Assembly (NCBI GenBank): GCA_037142195.1
Contig: JBAXBA010000003.1
Location: 1 to 64,000, forward strand
Source of the DNA: Pseudomonadota bacterium
Lineage (GTDB): Bacteria > Bdellovibrionota_B > Oligoflexia > Oligoflexales > CAIMVM01
Reading direction: 5' to 3'
Length of the DNA: 64,000 nucleotides
The translations under genes and the position numbers were made by a program. The notes beneath the pieces were generated by a model that did no database searches, was not told where the DNA came from, and was given only the letters and a program-made list of their open reading frames with translations. Shown piece after piece: positions 9,202-19,692 of the stretch. Each line of letters opens with the position of its first letter. Positions within the stretch are counted from its first letter, which is position 1.

Positions 9202-11586
9202 TTGATGTTAAATGCGAAAATGTTTTTTTTGACACCTTTTGCTTTGGCCATGCTCGGTTCCTGCAAGCATCAAGACGACAAAAGTGCTTCTTTAAGCTTT
9301 ACCCCAGCCGAAGCCTTCGGTTGGGTGGGGCTTCTCAAAGAGGATGAATTCGCCTCCCAAGTGCCCGACTCAAAAGCCCCCCTTGGGAACTCTACAAGAA
9401 GAGATTCCTTAGGACTCTCTTTAGAGACTTTTAGGGGCGTTCAACTTGCTCAAAGCTACACGCAAGAGATCACGGAATCTCAGCCTGAGAGTTTTTTAAA
9501 AAAAGAGACGATTGATTTTAGCTCCAATATCACTCCTTTTAAGTTAGTTTCGAATCAAGACGTTTTCGTTTTTCCTTTTTCTATCAGTGCTAACTCCGCA
9601 ATTTTTATTGGCCGCAATTTCTCCAACCAAAGTTCGGCCGCGTCCTCAGGGCCCTTCCGACTACAAGATCTTCCCATAAATGTAGAAAATGCCGAAAAGA
9701 TGTCCACCGGGGACTACGTTGCTATGCCCGTTAAAACCTCAGTTTTGGCTGGCTATAACGGGCAAACGCTCCAGCAAGTTTTTCAAAAATCAGGACTTGT
9801 GAAAAATCTCATTTCAAGTTCAGGTTTTGGCTCTTACGGGGCCGCTCTTCAAGGTAGCCTCGTTGGAAGCGGCGACTTTACCTTTCACATCCTAAAAGTT
9901 GCGCCCCATAAGGTTCGTGTTAGGATTTCCTTGGGGAATTCACTTGTAGTTTCTGGAGGAGGCAGCTTGTCTGCCGGAGGCAATGCAAACGTAAGCTTTT
10001 TGCCTCACTCCGTATTGGAACATGCTCGAGACATAGGGGCCATTGCAGCTAAGACCAAGAAGGTGTTATATGAAAAAAGGACGGAATTGACCTTTAACAA
10101 GACCTTCCAATTACTAAATCCCAATCAGAAAAAGCTTGGCTCGCCAGCCGACTGGAATCTCAGTATTGGTTTTATGAGTCAACTGGGATCTGCATCTCAA
10201 ACAAGCGACACAGCTTTGAGCCAAATACCTCAAAACCCGAGCTCGATGACTGCTGCTAACGATAAACTTACAGAAAAGGCAAAACTATCGGCCCTAAAGA
10301 ATGGTGCTAAAATTCTGGAGCAGATAGATGCCGCGACGAAAGAATTGGAAACACTAAGATCCCATTCCTTTCAACTTCCGGCAAAAGTCTCTCTTAATGC
10401 ATCAGAGTCTAGAGTCCTTAATTCCATGGGAGAATATATTTTCGATTTAAGCACAAGAGAGGGTAAAGAGGCATTCCTCTATGCCGTCTCAGGTCGCTCG
10501 AAGTGGATTGGTGACGATCTATCCACAGTATCATTAAGCCCAGCCATCAGTACGGGCAGCTATAAGGCTCTTTCTGATTTTACCTACGCTGAACGCATCG
10601 CTGCGCAGGATCAGCAATCCACAAAACCTCGCGTCAAACGAGTTCAATTGGCTGACTCTAGAAAAACTACGGACGCTTTCAACATTCAATTTAGCTTTGC
10701 AAATGCGAGCATGGGGTTTAGTCAAGACAAATCAAAGAATCAATTTCATATAGTGAATCCTCAGGGACAAAAAACAACCTATAACTTGCAGACATGGCGC
10801 TTTCAAAAGAAAGGTCACTATGCTGGCCTAACCGACAGTGAAATAAAGTCTAGTGGATTCTATACAAAGTCAGAAACGGACCTATTGGCAGCTTATTACT
10901 ATAGCTGGAGCTATGAGAAATCAAACCAACCCTCAGCTTTGCGAGACCCTTTAAAACAACTTTTAAACGTTTTAGGACCAGAGTTTTACAGGAGTAGAAC
11001 CCATCTCATGTGGCCCATAGACTATTCTGGGTCAACATCTGCTCACTTTGAAGTGGTCGTCAATAGGACCGGAATCAGCCGTTTTTTCAATGAAAGTCAG
11101 ATATCAGAAGACATTCTTTGGAAAGCTTTAGGACAAATTGCAGGGACATGGGACAACACTTTTGGCCTTCCCTTTAATACCTTCGGCGGTCTGTCAGGAG
11201 CTAATTCTAGCGAAGAAGCTAAGAAATCCTGTGTCATTATTACCAAAGAATGGGGTGGCGCGTATTGCAAGTTTTTTGAAGAGACTTTTATTCCTAACTG
11301 GCATATTGCCACAAAGAAAGACGCACTTGAGCAAGTTCGTTTTTTCAGTGATTTCTACAAGCAAGGATTTCTCGCCAATAAGATTGGCGCCGATCTTATG
11401 ATGAGGCTAGTTCTACAAGTACTCAATATTTCTCGTAAAGACCCGGACGGCCAAGATTATATGTTAAAAGTTCAGTCAACACCCAAAGAGGTCGTCAATA
11501 CAAACCAAGTGTTAGACTACGAATTTGGAAGCGACCCCCTTCATGCCGTATCAGAAGTCCTAGGTTTAAGCATGCTGATGCTTTGA
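9202..11586 (+). CDS. Large hypothetical lipoprotein
   Basis: 794-aa ORF, signal ending LAMLGSC; no recognised domain. Confidence 0.75.
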   Translation: MMLNAKMFFLTPFALAMLGSCKHQDDKSASLSFTPAEAFGWVGLLKEDEFASQVPDSKAPLGNSTRRDSLGLSLETFRGVQLAQSYTQEITESQPESFLKKETIDFSSNITPFKLVSNQDVFVFPFSISANSAIFIGRNFSNQSSAASSGPFRLQDLPINVENAEKMSTGDYVAMPVKTSVLAGYNGQTLQQVFQKSGLVKNLISSSGFGSYGAALQGSLVGSGDFTFHILKVAPHKVRVRISLGNSLVVSGGGSLSAGGNANVSFLPHSVLEHARDIGAIAAKTKKVLYEKRTELTFNKTFQLLNPNQKKLGSPADWNLSIGFMSQLGSASQTSDTALSQIPQNPSSMTAANDKLTEKAKLSALKNGAKILEQIDAATKELETLRSHSFQLPAKVSLNASESRVLNSMGEYIFDLSTREGKEAFLYAVSGRSKWIGDDLSTVSLSPAISTGSYKALSDFTYAERIAAQDQQSTKPRVKRVQLADSRKTTDAFNIQFSFANASMGFSQDKSKNQFHIVNPQGQKTTYNLQTWRFQKKGHYAGLTDSEIKSSGFYTKSETDLLAAYYYSWSYEKSNQPSALRDPLKQLLNVLGPEFYRSRTHLMWPIDYSGSTSAHFEVVVNRTGISRFFNESQISEDILWKALGQIAGTWDNTFGLPFNTFGGLSGANSSEEAKKSCVIITKEWGGAYCKFFEETFIPNWHIATKKDALEQVRFFSDFYKQGFLANKIGADLMMRLVLQVLNISRKDPDGQDYMLKVQSTPKEVVNTNQVLDYEFGSDPLHAVSEVLGLSMLML

Positions 11587-12029
11587 TAAAGAGTATTCGT
11601 TGAGGAAGCTAAATACCTGTCTCTTTTTAGATTGCCTCAACAAACTCGATAGACATTCTCATGCCCAAAAGTGTTCTTAAAGACACGTCCAAGATCTCGG
11701 ATTGCCGTTAGAAGTTGCATGCAAACTCAATTGCCTCCTATACATACTGAGCCACACACCGAAAGCCCAAAAAGTTGGTTTGGTTCCCTTCCCATGCAGG
11801 CCCGCATGCAGCAAGTTTTATGACCTCGCACTTATTCTAGGCAGCAACTTTTTAGTAGAAGGAAGGATTCCTTTTCATGTAGACTTTTCGAAGTCTCCTA
11901 TAGATCTGTCCGACGCGCGAAGAAGGCAATCCAGAATTCCCTAAAGCCTTAACCCTATCGGCAGATGACTTCGAAATCAATTGGGGGTTACTAGAGAGAA
12001 GTGCCTTTTTAGAAAGAAGGAATGAGAAT

Positions 12030-12821
12030 ATGAAGATATTAGCAATGTTGGTTCTTGTCGCTAGCGGATGTACCGCTAAGCTGGAATACCTTTCCATAGA
12101 CCAGGAGTTTACGCCGCGCCAATTAAAAGTAGGCTACTTGTTAGTTGCAGATCCCGTAATGGACGATGCTTTTTTGGCACAAGGAGCGACTGCGAGCTCC
12201 AGGGATGTGAAACAGGGCGATCCAACCATTCAGCCTATTTCCGACAGTGAATCGCAAATTTTAGGTAAAATTCTGTTGGAGCGAATCCACGATGAAAATG
12301 AGAAGTTGAAAGTGGACGCTCTAGAGCGTTATCAAAAAATACCCGCCTCTGCGATTCAATCTTTGAAGCAAAGCATCAAGGCGAGCAAAGAAGTGCCACA
12401 AGAATTCTTGAATACTTATTCTGAGAATTTTATGAGTTTTCCAAATCCATATCGTTTTTTAGGGACCGTTCGCATAGAAGCAGAATCTAAGTTTCAAGAT
12501 TATTTCAACCGAGAGGAAAGACAAAAGAACGAAAAGGGTGAGATCGAGCTGTTCCGTGTTGATGAGTGGAGATCTTATCGCAAAATCACGGCTAGAATGC
12601 AAATATTTGACCTTAAATTGAAAAAACTGGTCTTCGATGGAATCCAGACGAGAATGCAGTCCAGTTCCAGAGAGCAAAAGACAAGGGAATCCAAAGGATC
12701 CTTTATTAGCATTTCCCTTGGAAAACGTGAGCAATACCCTCCTTTTCCTGAGCGGAAGGATGTTTTTCGATTGCTTGCAAACGACTTTGCTCAAAACCTG
12801 CCCAACGAAGACAATGATTGA
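12030..12821 (+). CDS. Hypothetical lipoprotein
   Basis: MKILAMLVLVASGC lipobox; 263 aa. Confidence 0.75.
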   Translation: MKILAMLVLVASGCTAKLEYLSIDQEFTPRQLKVGYLLVADPVMDDAFLAQGATASSRDVKQGDPTIQPISDSESQILGKILLERIHDENEKLKVDALERYQKIPASAIQSLKQSIKASKEVPQEFLNTYSENFMSFPNPYRFLGTVRIEAESKFQDYFNREERQKNEKGEIELFRVDEWRSYRKITARMQIFDLKLKKLVFDGIQTRMQSSSREQKTRESKGSFISISLGKREQYPPFPERKDVFRLLANDFAQNLPNEDND

Positions 12822-13070
12822 AACCTTCCTCTGATAGTTCGCTGGGAGACTTTCCAAAGGTTTCAAATGGAATCGAAGAAGCGGGAAATCAACAGCCCGC
12901 CTTCATGCGCAAGCGAGACATCTCTCAATCAAGTTGGCATCAAAATAAAATATCCCTCGTCTTTGCTTAGAGACGTAGGAGATATTTTATCTACTGGTGG
13001 CTATTTCACATAACTATTTGACTTAGCTATTTCATTTAGGCGTTCACGCCACCGTTTAGGCGCAGTGAAC

Positions 13071-13640
13071 TTAAACCAAGGAAGCTTTGGTCAAAACCTC
13101 TTGAATGCGGCTATAAACTGTTTCCATGGAAGCATCAGCGTCAACACGAGCGTATAGATTCTTATTCTTATAGTAATTCAGAATGGGAAAGGTCTCTTTC
13201 TCATAGACATCTAGTCTTACCTTCAACTTTTCAGGAGTATCGTCACTTCGCCCTTCCTCAGCACTTCGCTTTGAAATCCTCGCGGTAAGTATGCTAGCTG
13301 GAACATCTAAATGCAGAGCCATCTTGACCGCACCAAGCTCGCCGAGTCCAGAAAGTGTTTCTGCTTGCACGGCATTACGTGGATAGCCATCAAGAAGGGT
13401 CAACTTTTTCGGATGATTGCTGAGTTCCGCTTTGAGCATATCTACAAGCAATTCATCCGGGACCAGCTTTCCCGCATCCATATAGCTACGGGCTTTTTGT
13501 CCTAAAAGAGTATTTGATTTGATATTTTGTCTTAAAGTATCTCCCGTTGATACCCATGCAAAGCCATACTGTTCCACTAGGCGAGCGGCCTGAGTTCCTT
13601 TGCCTGCTCCTGGGGGACCCACAAGTATTATAATTGCCAT
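13071..13640 (-). CDS. adk: Adenylate kinase, short-LID type
   Basis: GPPGAGKGTQA, STGD, LDGYPRN, GRSDD; start at MAIIILVG. Confidence 0.96.
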   Translation of the reverse strand: MAIIILVGPPGAGKGTQAARLVEQYGFAWVSTGDTLRQNIKSNTLLGQKARSYMDAGKLVPDELLVDMLKAELSNHPKKLTLLDGYPRNAVQAETLSGLGELGAVKMALHLDVPASILTARISKRSAEEGRSDDTPEKLKVRLDVYEKETFPILNYYKNKNLYARVDADASMETVYSRIQEVLTKASLV

Positions 13641-13746
13641 TAGGTAGAGACTCCTCATTCCATTAAATAAGAAAGGACAAAAATGTCCTGAAGTGTATAA
13701 TATAGGTTTTAGTGCTTGTTTTGTCCATGGTTTTGACGGAAGGTAT

Positions 13747-13992
13747 ATGAAATCCATACAAATTTATACAACTACCAACTGCGGCTATTGCGTTGCAGCT
13801 AAAAGGCTTTGTGATCAACTTAGCTTGCCCTATACAGAAATTGATTTAACAGAAAATGACGAGCTGAGGTCAACCCTTTCTGCGCAGAATGACCATTATA
13901 GAACAGTACCTATGATTTTCATAGACGACGTTTTTATTGGTGGATTTAATGAGCTCGATCAAATGCGCAGAGCAGGTAAACTCACCAACTGA
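13747..13992 (+). CDS. grxC: Glutaredoxin 3-like
   Basis: CGYC, TVPMIFI, IGGF; start MKSIQ after an AGG(A)-like RBS. Confidence 0.9.
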   Translation: MKSIQIYTTTNCGYCVAAKRLCDQLSLPYTEIDLTENDELRSTLSAQNDHYRTVPMIFIDDVFIGGFNELDQMRRAGKLTN

Positions 13993-14072
13993 CTCATCTT
14001 GCGACATCTGGTCTTACATGGTCTTAAAATTTTTTGCTTTTTTCCCACTGGAGGACGCAGCCATTGTAGGAA

Positions 14073-14115
14073 ACCTTAAGTAGCAGCCCATCTCCAATGG
14101 GCTGCTACTTAAGGT
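14073..14115. terminator. Perfect 19-bp inverted repeat between convergent genes
   Basis: ACCTTAAGTAGCAGCCCAT / 5-nt loop / ATGGGCTGCTACTTAAGGT. Confidence 0.7.
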
Positions 14116-15284
14116 GTGAGATTTCCACCTATCCACTTTAAGTCTAGATTAACATCTTGAACCACACGGGGAGACACGGCGAGGTCATCTTTGCCAACAT
14201 AGCTTAAGGCGTGGAAATTAAACTTTTCACTCTGGAGCTTATGACAAGATGCGCAACTGGTGTTATCAACTAGTATTTTAGTCCGATCCGCAATCTGCGA
14301 ATGGGTAAAACGATCCCCAAACACCATTACATTTTTTAGAATTTCATCGTTAGGATTTCGATCAAGCCAATCATAGAGACTTGGTTCGTCTCTCAGCATA
14401 GTACCCCTTGGCGCAAATCCAAAGTCAAAGAGAGGTTTGGCTGTAACTGCTGAAAAAAGAGATATTTTTGTGGGTTGAATTTCCCCGTCTTTACCTGAAA
14501 ACTTCAAAAACACCCATTCGTCTACGGTTGCCGGATCGCGCCCTTCAGGCAAAGAAAAAGACGTGAGTGTTTTCACGTTTTTGGGGTTGGCGTGGCGACT
14601 TAGAAAGGCTTTAAGGCTATTTAAAAAGGGCTTGGCCGTACTTTGACTTTGAAACTCGCTTCTTACTTCTACTTTGTCAATGGGAGATGAATTTCTGAGA
14701 GCTAAAGCTTCCTCCAGGAATAACCTCGTCACTCGATTTCTAACGGCATAGAAGGCTTTAAGCTCACTCTCACTAACGACAGGAACCTGCCCCCGCAACA
14801 GCGACTGAGATATGCCCTCTTTAATCTTTACGGAAAGCTCCGCAGGTGCGGAAGAAAGATAGAGAGAAGGGTCTATATCGTAAAGAACATGAATCGCTCT
14901 GTCATCGGCGTAGTTGGGTTCACGACCAGGGTTGCGCTGTAAAAGGATCGGCTGCCATACTAAACGAATCTCAGGCCAGCAATATAGGTCTATCTGCTGT
15001 AGAGGAGAGACACCCAAGGGAGAACAAGGGACAACTCTAACACTAATAAGCTGCCAATCTGAAAACACGTTTTCAATATCTACGGCGTCACCCACTGAGG
15101 TATTCTTAAAGCTTTTTTTGACCTGATTATACCAAGACTCCTTTAGGAGGCCTGTTTGGCTGTCCAGACCTACATGCTCTTTTGGCATCACCAACGCGAT
15201 ATCTGTTGGCTTCAATTCTAATGCAAAAACAGGCTCCCTAAGAGCTATTTGCAGAAAACAAAGAAAAATAACGTGTCTCAACAT
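14109..15284 (-). CDS. Exported hypothetical protein with a single CxxCH heme-c motif
   Basis: Signal peptide ending VFA; CASCH near the C-terminus. Confidence 0.65.
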   Translation of the reverse strand: MLRHVIFLCFLQIALREPVFALELKPTDIALVMPKEHVGLDSQTGLLKESWYNQVKKSFKNTSVGDAVDIENVFSDWQLISVRVVPCSPLGVSPLQQIDLYCWPEIRLVWQPILLQRNPGREPNYADDRAIHVLYDIDPSLYLSSAPAELSVKIKEGISQSLLRGQVPVVSESELKAFYAVRNRVTRLFLEEALALRNSSPIDKVEVRSEFQSQSTAKPFLNSLKAFLSRHANPKNVKTLTSFSLPEGRDPATVDEWVFLKFSGKDGEIQPTKISLFSAVTAKPLFDFGFAPRGTMLRDEPSLYDWLDRNPNDEILKNVMVFGDRFTHSQIADRTKILVDNTSCASCHKLQSEKFNFHALSYVGKDDLAVSPRVVQDVNLDLKWIGGNLTP

Positions 15285-15345
15285 GTCAGAGGCTCCCTCA
15301 AGGAAGCCCAATACCTACTTTACTTCCATAGCCAAATGCAAGGAT

Positions 15346-15951
15346 TTACATCCCAGTGGGATAGGTTTTGAGATCGACCTTACCAGATTCCCTGACCTGC
15401 CCTAGCGCTTTTGCATATTCCTTAAGAATATCAATAGAATACGCAAGTCTGCCTCGAACCCAACGATCCCCATCATCGACACCCTCAGGGGAGTTCAGAA
15501 GTTTCTCCACATTCCTTATAATGACGTGCTCTGGGGTATAAACAATCCGCGTGTTTTTGGAAGACGACACCTTTAGCTCTGCAATCGGCCACGTACCCGA
15601 CATTCCACTGGTAATGCCGACCAGCATGGCAGGCTTGTGTGCGAGGGTGGCTTCAGCCAGCAAAAAAAAGTTTTTGAGCCCGGGAGGGACCATTCCACTC
15701 CATTCTGGTGTGACAATGAGCGCTGCGCTGGCTGCCTTTAGAATTCCTGACGCCTCCTTAAAGACACCTCCAGACCAATTGTCAATACCATCAGCCCAAA
15801 CAGATTCATCCCAAAAGGGATAAGGATTCCCTGCTAGATTGATAAGATCTACATCAAAACCCTGCTTTTTTGCCAAATCGAGGCAAAATCGCGAGACTTT
15901 TTCACTTTGAGACTCGCGTCGGTGACTCCCTGAAATAATCGCTAGTCGCAC
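15346..15951 (-). CDS. NADPH-dependent FMN reductase family flavoprotein
   Basis: ISGSHRRESQS, VTPEWSG..PPGLKNF. Confidence 0.9.
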   Translation of the reverse strand: MRLAIISGSHRRESQSEKVSRFCLDLAKKQGFDVDLINLAGNPYPFWDESVWADGIDNWSGGVFKEASGILKAASAALIVTPEWSGMVPPGLKNFFLLAEATLAHKPAMLVGITSGMSGTWPIAELKVSSSKNTRIVYTPEHVIIRNVEKLLNSPEGVDDGDRWVRGRLAYSIDILKEYAKALGQVRESGKVDLKTYPTGM

Positions 15952-16133
15952 AATGCCCCCAAAAAATATATGGAATCCTTAAAAAACGGAAACCTTCTAT
16001 TGCTTTTGTGGTCTTTGGAATGCCTCAAGCAGCCAGACTCCACCCTTCACAATAGAAGGCAAATACGTCACAATAAGCGCATGGTTTTTCATCAAGTCAG
16101 CCGAAAACCATCTTGGGGCTGACTCAAAGGGGT

Positions 16134-16532
16134 CTATTCAAATCTTGCTAAAGCCTGCGCCCATTTCGTTCCTGAAAAAACGACTCCACCTTGTGGAACC
16201 CAAACCGTTCCATCCCATGCCACAAATAAAAGGTCATTTACGCTTTTTGCTAACTCGTCACTGCTATCGGCTGTTAGAATTTTATATTCTAAGGGCTGAC
16301 TTGGGGCGGTTATGGTCAAGCCTTCACTCATGCTATAGAAATCTTCCATATCTAAATCGAAGTCCTCTGCAGATTCCAAATCCATATCATCAGCTTGTTT
16401 CGCTGACTTCTTTATGGCTTTACTGGCAGTAGTTTTAGCTGCTTTTTTTCCAGCCTTTTTTCCTGAGGATTTTTTGGAGACGGTCGTTTTTGACGCCTTC
16501 TTAGCTGCGCTTTTTTTAGTCTTTGTTGCCAT
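16134..16532 (-). CDS. Lys/Ala-rich N-terminus, acidic linker and DUF1737-like domain
   Basis: KKSAAKKASK low complexity; EYKILTA..ELAKSVN..W.PQGGV..AQAL. Confidence 0.65.
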   Translation of the reverse strand: MATKTKKSAAKKASKTTVSKKSSGKKAGKKAAKTTASKAIKKSAKQADDMDLESAEDFDLDMEDFYSMSEGLTITAPSQPLEYKILTADSSDELAKSVNDLLFVAWDGTVWVPQGGVVFSGTKWAQALARFE

Positions 16533-16628
16533 ATCAGCCTCATGAATTAGTATTGTGAAAGAACACAGATCATTATATTCATTCTTTGCTCAACTTCAAT
16601 GCTCATTAGTCACTTTTGGAGAGTTCTT

Positions 16629-17102
16629 ATGGCCTTAGAAATAGAAAGGAAATTTAAAGTATTAAATGAAGATTGGCGCCAGGGCTCTTCAGGTCAGCTT
16701 TTAAAACAAGCCTACCTTTGCGTGGACCCGGAACGGACCATACGTGTTCGAATCGAAGGCACACAGGCTTGGCTGACTGTGAAAGGTCCCGTCAAGGGAA
16801 ATAGCAGGCTGGAGTTTGAATATAAAATCCCGCTTTTAGATGGGGAAGCCATGCTCCTAAACTTGTGTCAAAGCAGGCCCATTGAAAAAATGCGATACCG
16901 TATTCCTTTTAAAGGCCATATCTATGAAGTAGATGAGTTTTTGGGTGATAATTTAGGCCTGGTGATTGCAGAAATTGAACTTGCCCATGAAGGGGAACTC
17001 TTTGAGCGCCCCCATTGGATTGGCGAAGAAGTCACAGATGACATGCGCTATTATAATAGCTACTTATCACAAAATCCCTTCCCACGCTGGAAAGATCAAT
17101 AA
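16629..17102 (+). CDS. CYTH-domain triphosphate tunnel metalloenzyme
   Basis: EIERKF, RVR, LTVKG, EFEY, IEKMRY, EVDEF, AEIEL. Confidence 0.92.
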   Translation: MALEIERKFKVLNEDWRQGSSGQLLKQAYLCVDPERTIRVRIEGTQAWLTVKGPVKGNSRLEFEYKIPLLDGEAMLLNLCQSRPIEKMRYRIPFKGHIYEVDEFLGDNLGLVIAEIELAHEGELFERPHWIGEEVTDDMRYYNSYLSQNPFPRWKDQ

Positions 17103-17213
17103 CCTTAGCGAAAATCACTCACCACTAAGAAAGATACCGTTAAGTCCTCTTTAAAGAAAACGTGGGGATTCATGCAATAAAGCTAAATAGGCTGCTGCGA
17201 CCTAGCATGGACT

Positions 17214-18500
17214 TTAGTGTATTTCTTCCTCAGCCGAAGCCGCATCAGCGCTTTTTGAGCTATCACAAGAAATCCTAACCTCTTCGAATTCGTCAATCAA
17301 ATCGCCATCCTGAAAATTGTTCCAATGAGTCGTCGAAGAAGTGCTCACACGAAGGGCAAGTTTTTCTTGATATTTCAGGGACCGCTTTCTCAAATGCCCT
17401 GCAATATTTGAGCATTTCTTAAACCAATTTTCCGCATCTGAAAATTGTTTTGCACGAAGGTGCCCTAAACCCAAATTAAAGGACAGGATGGATGTGTCTT
17501 TCGTCGATTTCACCAGACCAATTGCCAATCGATAGTAGGCTATTCCTTGTTCAAAATCGCCTTTCCGTATAGAAAGAATACCCGCCATATTGAGTAAACT
17601 AGCTAAATTTAGCGGGGTATTGTTTTCCTTTAGCGCATGTTTAAATTGTTCCGCATTGGGGAAAGTTTCCATAAGGCTGTCGGAAACCGGAAGTGCGATG
17701 TTAGACTCAATACCTACCGCTTGAGTAAATCTCTTTTCCGCATCTTCCATTTTACCTAATCCCAAGGCAACTTCGCCATTAAAACATAACCGTTCTAAAT
17801 TTTTGGGAGACACAAGAATCGCTTTGTCAGACAATAGAAGGGCTTCTTCTAAGCGTCCTTCAGCCAAACAAACTTTAGCTAACTCGGTCAACAAACTTGG
17901 CTCATCAGGAAGCGACTTCAGAGATTCGACTAAAATTTGATGGGCCAAGCGATTGTGTTTCATGCGGCGAAGCATCCTCGTAGCAAGGACCACTAGGGGA
18001 TACTTATTGGGGGAGTTCTTTAAGACAGCAAAAAAGCGCTCTTTCACATTATTTTTACCCTCTTTAAGATCGAGAAAAATTTGATCCAGAGTCACTGTGT
18101 TTTCTTGAATCCAAAATGACTCGTCCCGGCATTTTTTAACGGCTTGGCTCAGCTGATTGGAATCATAGGGCTTAGCTAAAAAACAGGTGCCAGGAAATTC
18201 TTTGAGTAGAGCCATTTCATCGTCTTGTAAATTACTGCTAGTCACGACCAAAGCAGAAAAAAGGGTGGGCGCATGGGATCTCAGGCGATTGAAAAGAGCC
18301 AGCCCCGAGATATCACTTATACTCCAGTCGAGCACAATCACATCAGGTGACAATCGAGCAGAAGAAACAGCGTCCCAAAAGCTCTGCCCTTCAGAATACT
18401 CTTTGATATTAACCGCACCTTCACCCGCAAAAAAAGACACACACTTTTGGCGCGTTTCAGAGTCTTGATCTAGAATGACAACACGGGAAATACTAGCCAA
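17214..18500 (-). CDS. Response regulator receiver domain plus TPR repeats
   Basis: ILDQD, VIVLDW, FLAKP followed by TPR-like helices (FNLGLGHL). Confidence 0.85.
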   Translation of the reverse strand: MASISRVVILDQDSETRQKCVSFFAGEGAVNIKEYSEGQSFWDAVSSARLSPDVIVLDWSISDISGLALFNRLRSHAPTLFSALVVTSSNLQDDEMALLKEFPGTCFLAKPYDSNQLSQAVKKCRDESFWIQENTVTLDQIFLDLKEGKNNVKERFFAVLKNSPNKYPLVVLATRMLRRMKHNRLAHQILVESLKSLPDEPSLLTELAKVCLAEGRLEEALLLSDKAILVSPKNLERLCFNGEVALGLGKMEDAEKRFTQAVGIESNIALPVSDSLMETFPNAEQFKHALKENNTPLNLASLLNMAGILSIRKGDFEQGIAYYRLAIGLVKSTKDTSILSFNLGLGHLRAKQFSDAENWFKKCSNIAGHLRKRSLKYQEKLALRVSTSSTTHWNNFQDGDLIDEFEEVRISCDSSKSADAASAEEEIH

Positions 18501-18609
18501 TGTGCACCCTCCTGAAAGGAATAAATTCCTGTCGGAAGCTAGGCATGAATTCCTGAAGGGTTCCTTACATTTGCCTTAACCTGTTGAATACACCGGAATT
18601 CTAAGGATT

Positions 18610-19692
18610 CTAAACGGTGTCAATTCCATCCCCACTCACCCCTCGATCCAGCTTGCGATCCATATCAAACTTGGGGTCCCAAACAAACCGGTTTTCATTC
18701 TCATAGTGGATAGGGGTTCTTTCGCCTACTCCCTGAAGTTTCAAGTCGTCTACAAATTTGAGGAGAAGCTCTTCCGCTAAAGTCCAACTGTGAAATCTTA
18801 CAATCTCGTCGCGGAGCTTTCTGGCGCCGGGCCAGCCGCTGATATACCACAAAAGATGTTTTCGCATACAGACCGCACTTGCAGAGGAGTCGCCGTAAGC
18901 TTCTCTATGCCAAGTCATATGTTGTAAGACAACTCCCAACCAGTCATCAATCTTAACTGGGAAGTTTCCTTCCTTTAGGGAGCGAAATAACCAAGGATTT
19001 CCAAGCGCCCCCCGTGAAACCATGACACCGCTGCAGCCTGTTTTAGAAATCATAATATCTGCATCGTCTTTTGAAAAAATATTTCCGTTTCCAATAACGG
19101 GAATACTGAGCATGTCGACGATTTGAGCCATTTTTTCTAAGTCGATGGGAGCTGAATAGTCATCATTTCGAGTGCGCCCATGAACCGTAATCCAGTCGGC
19201 TCCGGCCTGTTCAGCAGCAGAAACCACCTCTTTAAATGTAAGCTCTTCCTGAGACCATCCGAGCCGAATCTTTACTGATAAAGGCAACTTTGTGTTCTTT
19301 CGCGCTGCCAAAGTAGTTTGATAAACGCGCTCTGGGTCTCTTAGAATCGCGCTACCACAACCTGATTTCACAACTTTCTTTACGGGACAGCCCATATTGA
19401 TATCAATGGTATCAAAGTTTAACGAGTCTAAAAACGAAACAGCTTCTCCCATTTCACTAGCTGATCGCGCTGTCACTTGAACCCCTAGTTTTTTTTCACT
19501 TCCATGTCTCTCGCACATTTCCAGGGTTCGTTTACTTTTAAAAACAATTGCCGCTGCGGAAAGCATTTCCACATAAGTAAGATCCGCGCCCTGGGCTTCG
19601 CAGATTCTACGAAAAGGATGATCGCTAACACCAGCAAGTGGCGCCAATAGGATAGGATTTTCTGGAATACCAAGCTTTTTAAAAGGACTCAT
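18610..19692 (-). CDS. dusB: tRNA-dihydrouridine synthase
   Basis: LAPLAGVSD, DINMGCP, VKIRLG, VHGRT, GNGNI. Confidence 0.9.
   Translation of the reverse strand: MSPFKKLGIPENPILLAPLAGVSDHPFRRICEAQGADLTYVEMLSAAAIVFKSKRTLEMCERHGSEKKLGVQVTARSASEMGEAVSFLDSLNFDTIDINMGCPVKKVVKSGCGSAILRDPERVYQTTLAARKNTKLPLSVKIRLGWSQEELTFKEVVSAAEQAGADWITVHGRTRNDDYSAPIDLEKMAQIVDMLSIPVIGNGNIFSKDDADIMISKTGCSGVMVSRGALGNPWLFRSLKEGNFPVKIDDWLGVVLQHMTWHREAYGDSSASAVCMRKHLLWYISGWPGARKLRDEIVRFHSWTLAEELLLKFVDDLKLQGVGERTPIHYENENRFVWDPKFDMDRKLDRGVSGDGIDTV

Noticed and set aside
11702..12097. Short ORFs between the two lipoproteins
   Set aside because: TTG starts, no motifs, one overlaps a real gene; probably intergenic
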